Part shown: positions 37,417 through 51,826 of the stretch, in pieces
How positions within the stretch are numbered: the first letter of the stretch is position 1
Layout: each line of letters begins with the position of its first letter
From: Octopus vulgaris
Taxonomy: Eukaryota
Reading direction: 5' to 3'
NCBI GenBank assembly: GCA_951406725.2
Contig: OX597816.1
Span: 5,828,001-5,892,000, forward strand
Length of the DNA stretch: 64,000 bases
The notes under the pieces: generated by a model
Told to the model about the DNA's origin: nothing
Seen by the model: only the letters and a program-made list of their open reading frames with translations
Databases searched by the model: none
Made by a program: the position numbers and the translations under genes

Positions 37417-38160
37417 TCTCTCTATATATATAAAGCTGAAGTTGTCTGTGTATGGCAGGTTTGGTAGCCTTCAACTAACACTATCTCCTCCGAGACTCTG
37501 CGGCGCAAGTTGACCAAAATTGGGAGTATGATAGAAGAAGGCTTGCTCTTCCTTCCGTCGAAGAAAAAATTCAAATCGGACCATGTTAACACCAAAAGGT
37601 GCTTTTTTTCTATGAAAATCCCTATTTTTTACGAATTTTTGACTGATGTGTCACCATTTTTCGGTGTATTTCAACCAGGAAAATGTTCACTTAAAGAGAA
37701 TAACAAGCTACATACGCTTTACGCTTTTACTTGTTTCAGTCATTTGACTGCGGCAATGCTGGAGCACCGCCTTTTAGTCGAGCAACTCAACCCCGGGACT
37801 TATTCTTTTTGTAAGCCCAGTACTTATTCTATGGGTCTCTTTTGCCGAACCGCTAGGTAACGGGGACATAAACACACCAGCATTGGCTGTCAAGCAATGC
37901 TAGGGGGACAAACACAGACACACAAACAAACACACATACATATATATATATATATATACGACAGGCTTCTTTCAGTTTCCGTCTACCAAATCCACTCACA
38001 AGGCATTGGTCGGCCCGGGGCTATAGCAGAAGACACTTGCCCAAGATGCCACGCAGTGGGACTGAACCCGGAACCATGTGGTTGGTTAGCAAGCTACTTA
38101 CCACACAGCATGCAAAATTTTTACTTTTCAAACATTCCTCTCCTTTTACGGGTTTCCCGA
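37417..38160 (+). mobile_element. Non-autonomous Helitron-like element interrupted by a minus-strand SINE A (~37720-38108)
   Basis: TCTCTCTATATATATAAAG..GTTGTCTGTG start like 49481; continuity CTACATA|ATGCAAA shown by the uninterrupted piece at ~39811-39966. Confidence 0.65.
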
Positions 38161-39442
38161 ATATGCACCTGTGTTGAAGCTGACCTAATGGTCACTTAAA
38201 TTAGAATTGGATGGGCTTATTTAGATTCATTTCTGTTTAACCTAAGATGATGGCAAATTTAACTGGTTAAATAAAGATAGATAAGTTCAGAATCGAAAAA
38301 CAAAAGAAATGAAGAAGACAACTCAGGTTTCGAATGTTTGTCCCGAATCCGTTGTCTGTTTTCTACAAGCCGATATCGCTCAGTTAAGTTTATGTTCCCC
38401 ATCTGGGTCCAGAACATATTTCAGCTCATGTGTTAAATAAGCCAAATTCACAACTGAGTACGGGTTCACACACGTGAAATGACTCAGTGGCTAAATACTC
38501 AAACATTATCGACCTCAACCCACAAAAGCCATTCTTCACATTGGCAACCATTTACACATCCCATTTCTTTATTAGCCACAAGGGCCCAAACACAGAGGGG
38601 GACAGTACAGCCTGATTGGGGTCAGACACAATGATTATATGACTTTTTAAATTTTACAAAATATAATGAAAACGAATGAAATCGAATGAAATACAAGGAC
38701 AAAATACAAACATGAAATGAAGCAGAGAGATGGGTTACGCTCCGACCCCACGAGCCCCATTCTCCTACTGGAACTTTTGTCGACTAGCACTGCCGACTGT
38801 CCAACCATTTACATATCCAGCGACACATAACACCACAATCACTATTCAAATAGTGAAGTATTCACTGAATCTTTTTGTTAGTGCAACGATGCTTCTTCTC
38901 TATAGAAGTCAGGGAAAAAAGAGTCTCCTGATGGATCGTTGCAAGGTTTATTGACCATTCATCACATAAGACATTCCTGGCTCTTTCACCAATCAAGAGC
39001 ACACTGCTTTCAGCTTCGTTATGAAGGACTTATCAATTTGTGGAGCACATTAGCACATAGCTTCATTTTCCTGTTTGCGCTTTAGATGGTTTGTCGTTAA
39101 ATAAATAACTTTTCACTATGTATTTTGTGAACAACGTAGCGTGACTCAGAAGAACTGAAAGAATTTGAAATATTAAAAGGCCATTAGTTGGTATCAAGAA
39201 ATAAATATAAATGAAAACACATTCCTTTTATATTTATCTATGCACGAGAAAATTGGTCATCTCCTGACGGACCGTTTCACGGGTTGTTAACCATTCCTCG
39301 GAGAAAACGTAGCTCCGTTTCTTTCATACATATGTTTTATGTCGGTAGATAGATTGATAAAAGATAAATACACATATGCATGTGTGTGTGTGAATATATA
39401 TATATATATATACATTTACACATATATGTGTATGTACATTAT

Positions 39443-39518
<76 letters not shown>

Positions 39519-39520
<2 letters not shown>

Positions 39521-40045
39521 GCGCAGGTATAGCTGTGTGGTAAGAAGGTTGCTTCCCAACCACATGGTTCCGGGTTCAGTCCCACTGCGTGCCACTTTCG
39601 CAGTTGTCTTCTACTATCGCCTTGGGCCTACAAAGGGATTCTAAATGGATTTGGTGGACGGAAACTGAAAGGAGCTCATCATATACATGTGTGTGTATGT
39701 GTTTGTTTGTCATCCACCACGGCTTGACAACCGGTACTGGTGTGTTTACATCCCATTAATTAGCAAAAGAGACCGATAGAATAAGTACCACGCTTTAAAA
39801 ACAATAAGTACGATTTTTACGATTTTTTGACTGCTGTGTCACCATTTTTCGGTGTATTTCAACCAGAAAAATGTTCACTTAAAGAGAGTGACAAGCTACA
39901 TAATGCAAATTTTTTACTTTTTTCAAAAATTCCAATTCTAAAGGGTCGAAACAAACCCGAAACAAACAGGGATGTTCACTCGTTAGATTAAAAATTCTTC
40001 AAGACGGTGCCCCAGCATGGCCGCAGTCTAATGACTGAAACAAAT
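39519..40045 (+). mobile_element. SINE family A containing a ~155-bp Helitron-like fragment
   Basis: SINE head 39519, tail 40005-40045; 39811-39966 matches 37625-37712 plus 38109-38140. Confidence 0.7.
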
Positions 40046-40062
40046 AAGCGACACTAGTTAAA

Positions 40063-40722
<660 letters not shown>

Positions 40723-41607
40723 CGGGTGCGTGTGTATGCCTGTGCGTACAGATGATATTCAAACTTTCAAACGGAATCGCTCCAATATTTCTACATTTGA
40801 ATAGGTTTCTCCAAGCCATTAGGTCTATGTTACTATTGAAATGAAGCATTAATCGAGCTAGTCTTTCAAATAACAGTTTTAAGCCATGGCAGCAGTGCAG
40901 AAAGAAATATTGCGATGTTTCATCGGTCTATCTAATGAAATCTATAATGTATTAATAGTGTTTCCGTGTAAATTTGCTTTGCTAGTACACACACACATTA
41001 ATTACCAAGGCGAAATGCTCAGTTAAGTTGTATTTGCTTCGTTTGCCGAGGCGAACATTTTTTTTATTTTATGTTCTCAATGAAAACATAATGTCAACCT
41101 AAATTGACTTCCAATTCATCTCTGACCATTTCAGATTTCATGTAATATATCGAAAGGAGGGATTATGGCAACTTAAATAATACTAATATATCTTTCAATT
41201 AGTAGAATTTAAAATTACGAGATTTGTCCGAACCCATAATCCTAGAACATGTTATCCAGTGTCGCCAGCTCTGGTCGTTGACTGTTAAGCAACGCTCTCA
41301 ACAACTTGGACATAATAAAGTTAACTGACTGGAAAGTTTATAGAGCGTAAACAGGACACTATCGATGTTTGTTAGTCGTAATGACCAACCGGAGTCGAAT
41401 ATAATTAAGAGGTCACTTTATTCTATTTTACATGTTTCAATCATTAGCCAACGGCCAAGCTGGGGCACCGCTTTGAAGAAAAAATAAATACCCCCGTATT
41501 TATGTTTTGTTGAAGCCTGGCACTTATTCTATTGGTCTCTCTTATCGAACCGCTAAGTTACACGGATGTAAACACACTAACACCAGTTGTCAAGCGGTGG
41601 TGCGAGA

Positions 41608-41644
<37 letters not shown>

Positions 41645-41821
41645 ACATATATCCAGTTATCATAAATCAAATATAGTAGCACACTTTAAGTTATAGTATG
41701 TAGATAGATATACCCGCTTTATAGACTCGAAACCCAAAGTAACCCCATTGGCCGGCCATATACATATATAGATCGTTAGCCACTACACACATTTTCTCTC
41801 TCCTTGTTTTTTTCTGTGTCC

Positions 41822-41857
41822 CTTTGTGTAGAAGAGCGTAGGCTCGAAACGTAAAAG
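41822..41857 (+). ncRNA. Degenerate minimal hammerhead in a pseudo-LTR-like repeat (~41770-41950)
   Basis: CTTT-GTGTAGAA-GAGC(GTAG)GCTC-GAAA-CG-TA-AAAG; sister copy at 50088. Confidence 0.45.
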
Positions 41858-42526
41858 ACTTTTTCTATTCCTGAGCATTATACTAATACTTCTGTTTGTT
41901 TTGTACACCACCTGTCTTCGTCTTCTGTTTTTTTCGTAAACTCTCCCTATATATATATATATATATATATATATTTCAAATAAGTTACCACTATCTTTTT
42001 AAAAGTAATGATAAAGTGTCACGCAGACATAAGCAAATTGGCAAAATATATATTAAAAGTCAGGGTGCAATATGCACATGTTTGCTAGAAAGAAGAGTTA
42101 AAACCCTCCAAAGCCACGTATCTCTCGCTATATGTAAACAAGCACACAGAATGTATCAAATATACTAAAAACAAAACAGTCGTTCCCATTTGTGAAACTA
42201 CAAAGAGGAGAGATAGATATGTTAGTATCAATTCATTTCGCTTTCTGTGCCGAATGGCACTTAAAGCTCATCAGCTAGGCTTGCTATGTAAACTATTTTT
42301 AAGAATAGATTTACTATTCCGTGCGAGTCTTTTCAACTGAAGGTCCAGCGACTTTCAAATGAACATTAGCGAGTTTACATATAGTGAGGGATGCGTGGCT
42401 TTGGGGAGTTTTAACACATCTTTCTAGCAAACAGGTGCATATTGTACCCTGACTTTTAGTATGTATATATATATATTGTCATGTCTTTATATTGGATGTA
42501 CATAGTAAAATAGTTTTATATACTTC

Positions 42527-42626
42527 AGACCTGAAGATTGGCAGTATAGTCGGATTGATATGGTATTGAATTTTGAGACCTATGTCAGCAATACCGATAG
42601 ATATTGTCATGAAACGTGCGTAGTCT
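42527..42626 (+). ncRNA. Type I hammerhead with canonical core and long stem II
   Basis: AGAC-CTGAAGA-T-TGGCAGTAT...ATATTGTCA-T-GAAA-CGTGCG-TA-GTCT. Confidence 0.65.
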
Positions 42627-43309
42627 ATATAATTTAATATAGGATTCAGAATAAGAATTGTAGTTATTAATTTTGATAAAATTTAATCTTATATATCTCT
42701 ATCATATATAATGTCGTTCAATGTTGATTGAGTTGCTTGAAGGTGGTTTTGTGTCTTAAACCTATATTTATATACATAAACTGAGCAAATATTTATATAG
42801 ATATTGTTATTGCTATTAATATCGAGGGCAATATAAATAATTGATAATAACAGCAATAATAATATAAGTGGTTGCAGGCCTAAATTAGCATTACATAACT
42901 ATATATTTAAAATTCATAAGATAAGAGCACACGAAAGACCCTCCCTCTTAGACATAACCATCATTAACCCACCAATAATAACACTGAAAATAATGACAGA
43001 AAACAACAGTATTCAGGCAAACGGATCGAAAAACTTTCACATACCTATATAGCAAAAAGCAATATATTTCATAGTATTAGTATACATGTGGACGGGTTTT
43101 TGGTTTGTCATAAATCTTACCTTCATCATCAGATGTTAACCATCTGAAAAATACTCGCAGCCCGCTACGTTGAAATTTGCTGGCAGTCTGAATATTATTA
43201 TTGCTGTTATTATCAATTATTTATATTGCCCTAGATAATAATAACAATAATAATATCGATATAAATATTCACCTCTGAATATTTGCTTCGTATTACAACT
43301 TTTCACGCT

Positions 43310-43506
43310 GGGGCTGAGGACAAACAAAGACAGACAAACGGATTAAGTCAATTACATCGACACCAGTGAGTAACTGGTACTTATTTAATCGACCCCGAAA
43401 GGATGAAAGGCAAAGTCAACCTCGGCGGAATTTGAACCCAGAACGTAACGGCAGACGAAATACCGCTAAGCATTTCGTCCGGCGTGCTAACGTTTCTGGC
43501 AGCTCG

Positions 43507-43508
<2 letters not shown>
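43310..43508 (-). mobile_element. SINE family B
   Basis: Full head and core on minus strand. Confidence 0.8.
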
Positions 43509-43558
<50 letters not shown>

Positions 43559-43597
43559 TATATACCTATATATATACATATATATATACATATATAT

Positions 43598-43630
<33 letters not shown>

Positions 43631-43662
43631 CCTATATATATACATATATATATATATATACC

Positions 43663-43717
<55 letters not shown>

Positions 43718-43721
43718 ATAA

Positions 43722-43787
<66 letters not shown>

Positions 43788-44623
43788 GTAGATTTGGTTT
43801 CTGTCCACCAAATCCACTCACAAAGTCTGGTCTGCTTGACGCTATAGAAGAACACAATTGACCATTTGGACTGCAGTGGGACTGAATCGAGTACCCTGTG
43901 ATTAGGAAGCAAGCTTCTTACCACACTGCCATGCTCCAGGTTACGGAGCTCGTTTAACTTTTGATTATCTCGGGAGAGTCATTATGGCAATAATAAACAT
44001 AAGGACTGGTTCTATTTCACTTCTTTATTATTTGTCAATTTGTTACTCTGATGAGAGTCATTTTCTTTTTGTGCCTTATAATGCAACACACACACCGGTA
44101 AAATTTCCACTTATTTCTTATTTAGTCAAGACTATTGAAAAGTTTGCAAGACACAACTAAAATTTTAGGAAAATAAAAATACGGAAAAAGTGGAAATTTT
44201 ACCGGTGAGTATGTTACATTATAAGGCACAAAAAGAAAATGACTCTCCCCAGACATAACAGAATATGCTTCAACACACGAACTCATATAAAGAATCTTGA
44301 AAACAAAATCCAAAAACGAAATTAGTTAGTTATGCCACCAATTAAGTAATCGATTATTTGATTAACTATTAGATTAATTAATATCGAAGTCGTTTCTAAA
44401 CCATTGGTTATTACACACATGTGAGTGAGAACACTTTGAGATATTTTTGGCATCTAACATATGTCAGATACTGCGAGCGCTGCTTCTGATTGGTCAATCC
44501 ATGGTGATGACCCGAGGTCACGGTGACGGCACTACTTTTGTCATTCATAAGTTACAACTAAACGTGAAGAATTTAGTTATTGGGTTAATAAAATATGGTC
44601 GTTTATTCGTGTGTAATAAATAA

Positions 44624-44767
44624 AATACCAAACTCATTCCCTATGGATACCGTATTTATTACAACTCGTGGCTTGTAAACGTATCTAACTCGCTTTCGTT
44701 CGTTAGATACGTTTACAAGCCACGAGTTGTAATAAATACGGTATCCATAGGGAACTCGTTTGGTATT
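44624..44767. repeat. Near-perfect palindrome: 53-bp perfect arms, 12-nt loop
   Basis: 44637-44689 is the exact reverse complement of 44702-44754; extra 10-bp outer pair. Confidence 0.95.
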
Positions 44768-45296
44768 CTCTCTCTATCTCATCTAGGACATGCCCTCTCC
44801 AAACCTGGCCTACTTAAGCACCATCTGTCTCAACGTACGAGTTCACACTAAACGTCTGACAAATCAGACACAGAAACGAAATACATAACTCTATTAAAAA
44901 TAAACTGAATATCAATTTACGTCACAGTTTAGTAAAAGGATAGAAACAGTTTATTTAGGCCAGGTATTAAGATACGCGTATCGGTTTGCTTTTTCCTTCT
45001 TAATACAATAAAATATATATTCACGCGTTAAATATTTTCAAACACAGAAATGCATTAAATAAATGCATTCACAAACATTATTACCTCTCTTCCATTCATC
45101 GTCGTATTCGTGTTCAAAGAAAGAATTTACAATTGCCTGTTTGGAAATGGTTTCTTTGAACAGGAATAACTGAGAATTGAGTGAAACGAAAGAAAAGAGG
45201 TTTCTATTTCAATAATTTACATAAACATTAAAATACTGTTCAGGAAAATGCAGAGGCTGGCGTGTAAAATAACAGGAAAAAAAAACCTATATATAT

Positions 45297-45376
<80 letters not shown>

Positions 45377-46149
45377 GTGTGCATGTATTCATATGAAAAA
45401 GAAACACGATATTTCAAAGAAGCTGAAAAGATGTTTCAGAGAAGTTTTACTGAAACCGATAGTGCTGTTAATAAAGAGATAGCTATGCGGGGGAAATTTA
45501 ATCGTTTCTTCTTCTTTTTTTTCATTTTCTTATCTCTAAAGATGTTACAGGGATATTTAAGACGATCCTGCAGATTTCAGTAAACATCCAGAATATATTA
45601 GAAATTTTTCCAGTTTGCTATCTCTTGGACATTGATTTCTCTTCCGGTGGTTTTAAGATAAATCCAAAGATCTGAAGAAATATGTGATACATGAAATCAG
45701 AGACTTAAATGTGTCTTGAAGAAAATCACTAGCAGTGGTTTATTCCTTGATATTAGCTTCATATTGATGGAACAAAATATTCTAAACTAAAACAATGAAA
45801 GAATTGGCTTCAGTTATCTCAGAAAATATTGATGTTCGTGCATAATTATTACGGCTTTTTTTCAACAAAAACAATAACAACATGTAACAAAAACATGTTT
45901 AAATGATTGTTCTGGAGCCTATTCACCATCTACTTCAATTAACGCTTCCCATTTTCTTGACAGACGGTCAGTCCGTCATTTAGAGATGATTTTGTTAAAT
46001 ATTGTTGATGTTTTTGTTGAATAAAATTTGTTGGAAAAAAGCCGCAATAATTATGTACCAAACCAAAGGTTGTCTGACATTTCAAGGAGGAAGGCCAAGA
46101 AGATAAATAGCTAACGAGTATTAATTAATTTTCTAAGAAAGATTAAACC

Positions 46150-46345
46150 TATTCTTTTCTCTTATACTTGCGGTCATGCTGTAGCATCGTCTTGAAGAAC
46201 GTTTAATCGAATATAGCGAACCCAGTACTTATTTTAATAAAATCTAGTACTTATCTATCGGTCTCTTGTGCCGAACCGCTAAGTTACGTGGATATAAACA
46301 CATCAACACCGAGTGTCACGCAGTGTTGGAGGACAAATACAGAAA

Positions 46346-46381
<36 letters not shown>

Positions 46382-46562
46382 TACAGATTTATACAATACA
46401 TATATACTACGGGTTTCTTTCAGTTTCCCTCAACCGAATCCACTCGCAAGGCTTTCGATGGATTGAGGTCACAACGGAAGACACTTGCCGAAAGTGTCAC
46501 GCAGCGGGAATGAACTCAGAACCACGTGGTTGGAAATCAAGTTTCTTACCACACAATCAAGC
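46150..46562 (-). mobile_element. Degenerate SINE family A
   Basis: Family motifs with internal (CA)n. Confidence 0.7.
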
Positions 46563-46653
46563 ATACGCTTATTATTTACAGTTTAATGGAACTTGAGACA
46601 TATTTTCACGGGTGGAGTGAATCAGCGGATGTTTGATATCATAAGTATCAGGA

Positions 46654-47393
46654 AGGCAGCGAACTGGCAGAAACGTTAGCGCGCCGGGCGAAATGCGTAG
46701 CCGTATTTCGTCTGCCGCTACGTTCTGAGTTCAAATTCCGCCGAGGTTGACAAAATAAGTACCAGTTACGCACTGGGGTTCGATATAATCGACTTAATCC
46801 GTTTGTCTGTCCCTGTTTGTCCTCTCTGTGTTTAGCCCCTTGTGGGTAGTAAAGAAATAGGTATTTCGTCTACCGTTACGTTCTGAGTTCAAATTCCGCC
46901 GAGGTCGACTTTGCCTTTCATCCTTTCGGGGTCGATTAATTAAGTACCAGTTACGCACTGGGGTCGATGTAATCGACTTAATACCAATGTCTGTCCTTGT
47001 TTGTCCTCTCTGTGTTTAGCCCCTTCTGAGTAGTAAAGAAATAGGTATTTCGTCTGCCGTTACGTTCTGAGTTCAAATTCCGCCGAGGTCGACTTTGCCT
47101 TTCATCCTTTCGGGGTCGATTAAATAAGTACCAGTTACGCACTGGGGTTCGATATAATCGACTTAATCCGTTTGTCTGTCCTTGTTTGTCCTCTCTGTGT
47201 TTAGCCCCTTGTGGGTAGTAAAGAAATAGGTATTTCGTCTGCTTTACGTTCTGAGTTCAAATTCCGCCACGGTCGATTTTGCCTTTCATCCTTTCGGGGT
47301 CGATAAATTAAGTACCAGTTGCGTATTGGTATCGATGTAATCGACTAGCCCCCTCTCCAAAAATTTCGGGCCTTGTGCCTAGAATAGGAAAGA
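46654..47393 (+). mobile_element. Four-unit multimer of SINE family B inside one TSD
   Basis: One head, then ~185-bp units rejoining at GTATTTCGTCT; TSD ATATCATAAG(TA/CG)TCAGGA at 46636-46653 and 47394-47411. Confidence 0.85.
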
Positions 47394-47519
47394 ATATCAT
47401 AAGCGTCAGGATATCATAGATGAATATGAAGGGTCCACCCTCAACCCTAATCTGGTTGTCGGGTTTATAAATAGCTAAGTTAATTTCGAATGTGAGCATG
47501 TTAGATTCTTTGTTCTTTT

Positions 47520-48150
47520 ATTCTTTTACCTGTTTCAGTCATTTGACTGCGGTCATGCTGGATCACCACCGTTATTCGGACAATTCGACACCAGGATTTA
47601 TTCGTTGTAAGCCTAGTAGTATTCATTCCATCGGTTGCTTTGGCTGAACCGCTAGGTTACGGGGATGCAAACACACCAACATCGGTTGTAAAGCGATGGT
47701 GGGGGGACAATCACAGACACAAACACACACACACACACACATATATATATACGATAGGCTTCTTTCAGCTTCCGTCTACAAAATCCACTCACAAGGCTTT
47801 GGTCAGACCGAGGCTACAGTAGAAGACACTTGCTCAAAGTGTCACACATAGAGACTGAACGCGTAACCATGTGGTTGGGAAGCAAGCTTCTTACCACACA
47901 GCCACGCCTGCACCAAAATGTTAAGAATTGTTCAAAGGAAAGGTGGCGACCTTGCAAAATGGTTAACACGCCGGACAAAATGCTTAGCGTGTCCGTCGCT
48001 ACGTTCTGAGCTCAAATTCTGCCAGGTTTGATTTTGCATTTTATCTTTTCGGGATCGATAAAATAAGTCTCAGTTGAACACAGGAGTCACTGCAATCGAC
48101 TTAGTTCTTCTCCAGAAGTTGCTGGCCTTGTGCCATATTTTTAAACCAAT
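47520..48150. mobile_element. SINE A (minus) followed by degenerate SINE B (plus)
   Basis: Family motifs. Confidence 0.7.
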
Positions 48151-48309
48151 AACTGCTCAAAGTGAAGTTTCAGCCAAGAATATATCGACAGTTCTGAAGT
48201 GGTAACCACTGCAAATTCAAAAGTGAAGATATTGTATTCGCGGTTACGACGGAGATGACGAAGTACTAAAGAAAAGTTCAATTCGGACAAATGGTACTTT
48301 AGATCTTAG

Positions 48310-48862
<553 letters not shown>

Positions 48863-49480
48863 CAATCTAACCTTTCTGCATAAGTACATGAGCAATCTAC
48901 ACTCATTTTTAATTTCCCCCATATTTAGTATAATAACGAGCTCAAGTGTTCCGATGTAACATCGAAGGACATCGTCATTTTACACAGACATGAATGACCA
49001 TTGCTAGAAATACACAAAAACACACACATCCAATTTCACCGCTACAACATCAAAGTGGATTTACAAGTATTCATAGGAATAAATACTTAGAAACATAAAA
49101 CACATAGAAACACATAGAAACAGTGAAAGAGTGAAAGAGTGGAAGAGTGAAAGAGCAGCCTGACTTGAATATTCTCTTTTACAATGTCTGCAATAAAAAT
49201 GGTTGTGTTTATTCCAGTTCTTTCATACACAAAAATAACAAAAAAATTATATTCCCTTTCATCATTTGCACAAACGAGTTCAATGCTGATGTTAGGACTA
49301 TTATTTAACTTTTTAAAAGAAAAAGACATTTCGCCGAAAACGAAACTTCGAATAACACTTGATAGACATCGAACATATTTTTAAAATATTATCAGCTACA
49401 TGTATTTAGGAAGGAATATTCTTTTTGGGGGATAAATATGCACACACGCATACATGCGGAATCGAAAGTCAACGTTCATA

Positions 49481-49878
49481 TCTTTATATATAAAAGAGAG
49501 GTTGTGTGTCTGTCTCCTACGATTTAGATTCTTAACTGCTCCCACATTTTGCGGTGCAGTTTAACCAAAACCGGGTATCTTATAGTCGTGATTTATATCG
49601 AGCCCTTCTGGGTATTAATGCGCGTCTACGATGAGTCTACGATTTAAAAAAAAATTACCATCATTTTTTTTCCATTTTAATGCATGTTTTCGCTATTATA
49701 TAAGGGAAGTAACTCCCTAAAAATGTCTGCGATGAGTCAACGATTTTAAAAAAAATTTACCATCATTTTTTTTTCCATTTTTAATGCATTTTTTGCTATT
49801 TTTTGGCTATAACTCTCTAAAAATGCTTATATAGTTATTTCCCTTACAAACCCGAGCAACGCCGGGCGCTACTGCTAG
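49481..49878 (+). mobile_element. Complete non-autonomous Helitron
   Basis: A|TC start, subterminal hairpin CCCGAGCAACGCCGGG, CTAG|T end, no TSD. Confidence 0.88.
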
Positions 49879-50087
49879 TATGATATAAACAAACGTGTGT
49901 GAGTTTGTAAGTATATTCACTTACATACAAATAGTCATATATTGTAACACACACACATACACACATAATTTTTTTATCTCTTCTTCCTAGCTCTCCTGTC
50001 TGACCACCTCTGTCCGGCATTCGCCATGATCGATCGCTGGCCACTAAACCTTTTTTTTATTTTCTCTCTCTGCTTATTACTGTGTTC

Positions 50088-50123
50088 CTTTCTGTTGAAG
50101 AGCGTAGGCTCGAAACGTAAAAG
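50088..50123 (+). ncRNA. Minimal hammerhead-like motif in a pseudo-LTR-like repeat (~50040-50220) ending in (TA)n
   Basis: CTTT-CTGTTGAA-GAGC(GTAG)GCTC-GAAA-CG-TA-AAAG; ACGT palindrome. Confidence 0.55.
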
Positions 50124-50217
50124 CCTCTCAATTCCTGAGCGTTAAAATAATACATCTCTTTATTGTTTACCACACCCGTCTTCGTTTTTTGTTTTGTTTT
50201 TATTTGTAAATTCCAAC

Positions 50218-50301
<84 letters not shown>

Positions 50302-50613
50302 TAGAGTATTAGCAGAGATGGGCGGTTGCTATGCATAGACTTCAAGACTATAAGGTGAGATTGTGATGTCTACAATCTCCAAACTGATGGCCAAAATTCC
50401 TTACAGTACTATATGATAGCTGGGTGTTCTTCTCATCATTTCCTTGAAGGAACATTTTCCTCAGGGTTGTTATAAATCTTATTTCAAACTTCACTTCACC
50501 ATAGAGAGGGTCACTACGAACAATGAACCTACGAAGATCATATTCTACAAACTTATAAAAGAAATTGAAATTATGAGATACATTTTACTTATTAAGTAAA
50601 TCTTTATTAAGTA

Positions 50614-50996
50614 CTAGAAGTATCGCCCGGCGTTGCTCGGGTTTGTAAGGGAAATAACTATATAAGCATTTTTAGAGATGTAAGGTATAATAGCCATCTC
50701 AATATGGCTAACCACGAAGGGGGGGGTGTTACTGTAGCTTTTTACGTTCTGAGATTTAATAATAAATTTTTAGAGAGTTACTTCCCTTATATATGCCAAA
50801 AATGCATTAAAAATGGGAAAAATTGATGGTAAATATTTTTTTAAATCGTAGACTCATCGTAGACGCGCGCTAATACCCAGAGGGGCTCGATATGAATCAC
50901 GACTATAAGATACCCGGTTAAACTGCACCGCAAAATGTGGGCGTAGTTAGGAATCTAAATCGTAGGAGACAGACAGCACACAACCTCACTTTTATA
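50614..50996 (-). mobile_element. Non-autonomous Helitron, same family as 49481-49878, opposite strand
   Basis: CTAG..CCCGGCGTTGCTCGGGTTTGTAAGGG; reverse-complement identity of both termini. Confidence 0.85.
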
Positions 50997-51674
50997 TTAT
51001 TAAGTATATTATTATTTACTGATTAACTCAGTCATGTACATGATTTAAAATGGGGGAAAACATCCATCGCTCAGCCATAGAGTAAGAATATTAATCTTCA
51101 AGTCCAAATGTATTCTAGAATTATTCATTCCACAGTACAACTGTGACTGCAGCAAATGAGTTTTTCTGAAAACTAGAGAAGTGCTGTTAATTACAGACTA
51201 ACAATAAACGAACAACAGCGCAGGTACGAATGCTTTTGTTTTAAATAGGCCATGTATACCTACAAGAATTACGCGGACAGGTACGACAATAAATGCGTAA
51301 TATGTGGATGTACGAGTGAATATATAAAGGACTAATGTCTGAATTCTTGAAAAAACTTTCTCTTCCATTAAAATGTTCATTTAATACCATATTTGGTAAA
51401 CTGTATTCCTCCTTTGTATTTAAATGCTTATTTCGATTTCACCATTGATATATAAAATCCATGTAATGTTTTCATTGATCGATTAAATGGAGCCGCTTGA
51501 AACGGCCGTAATGTGTTGATACCTGTACATCCTTGTTACTTATTTGCTTTTTATTCATCTAACTTCGAGCTGTGCGGACTATACCGAACTGGCTTGGTGC
51601 CTCAATGTAAGTACCTAATTCAACTGATTCTTAAATATTTCACACACACACACATACACACACATATATATATA

Positions 51675-51826
<152 letters not shown>

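Noticed and set aside
51470-51515. GAAA-CGGCCG-TA hammerhead half (similar weak case near 20190-20240)
   Set aside because: No recognisable complete core with stem II
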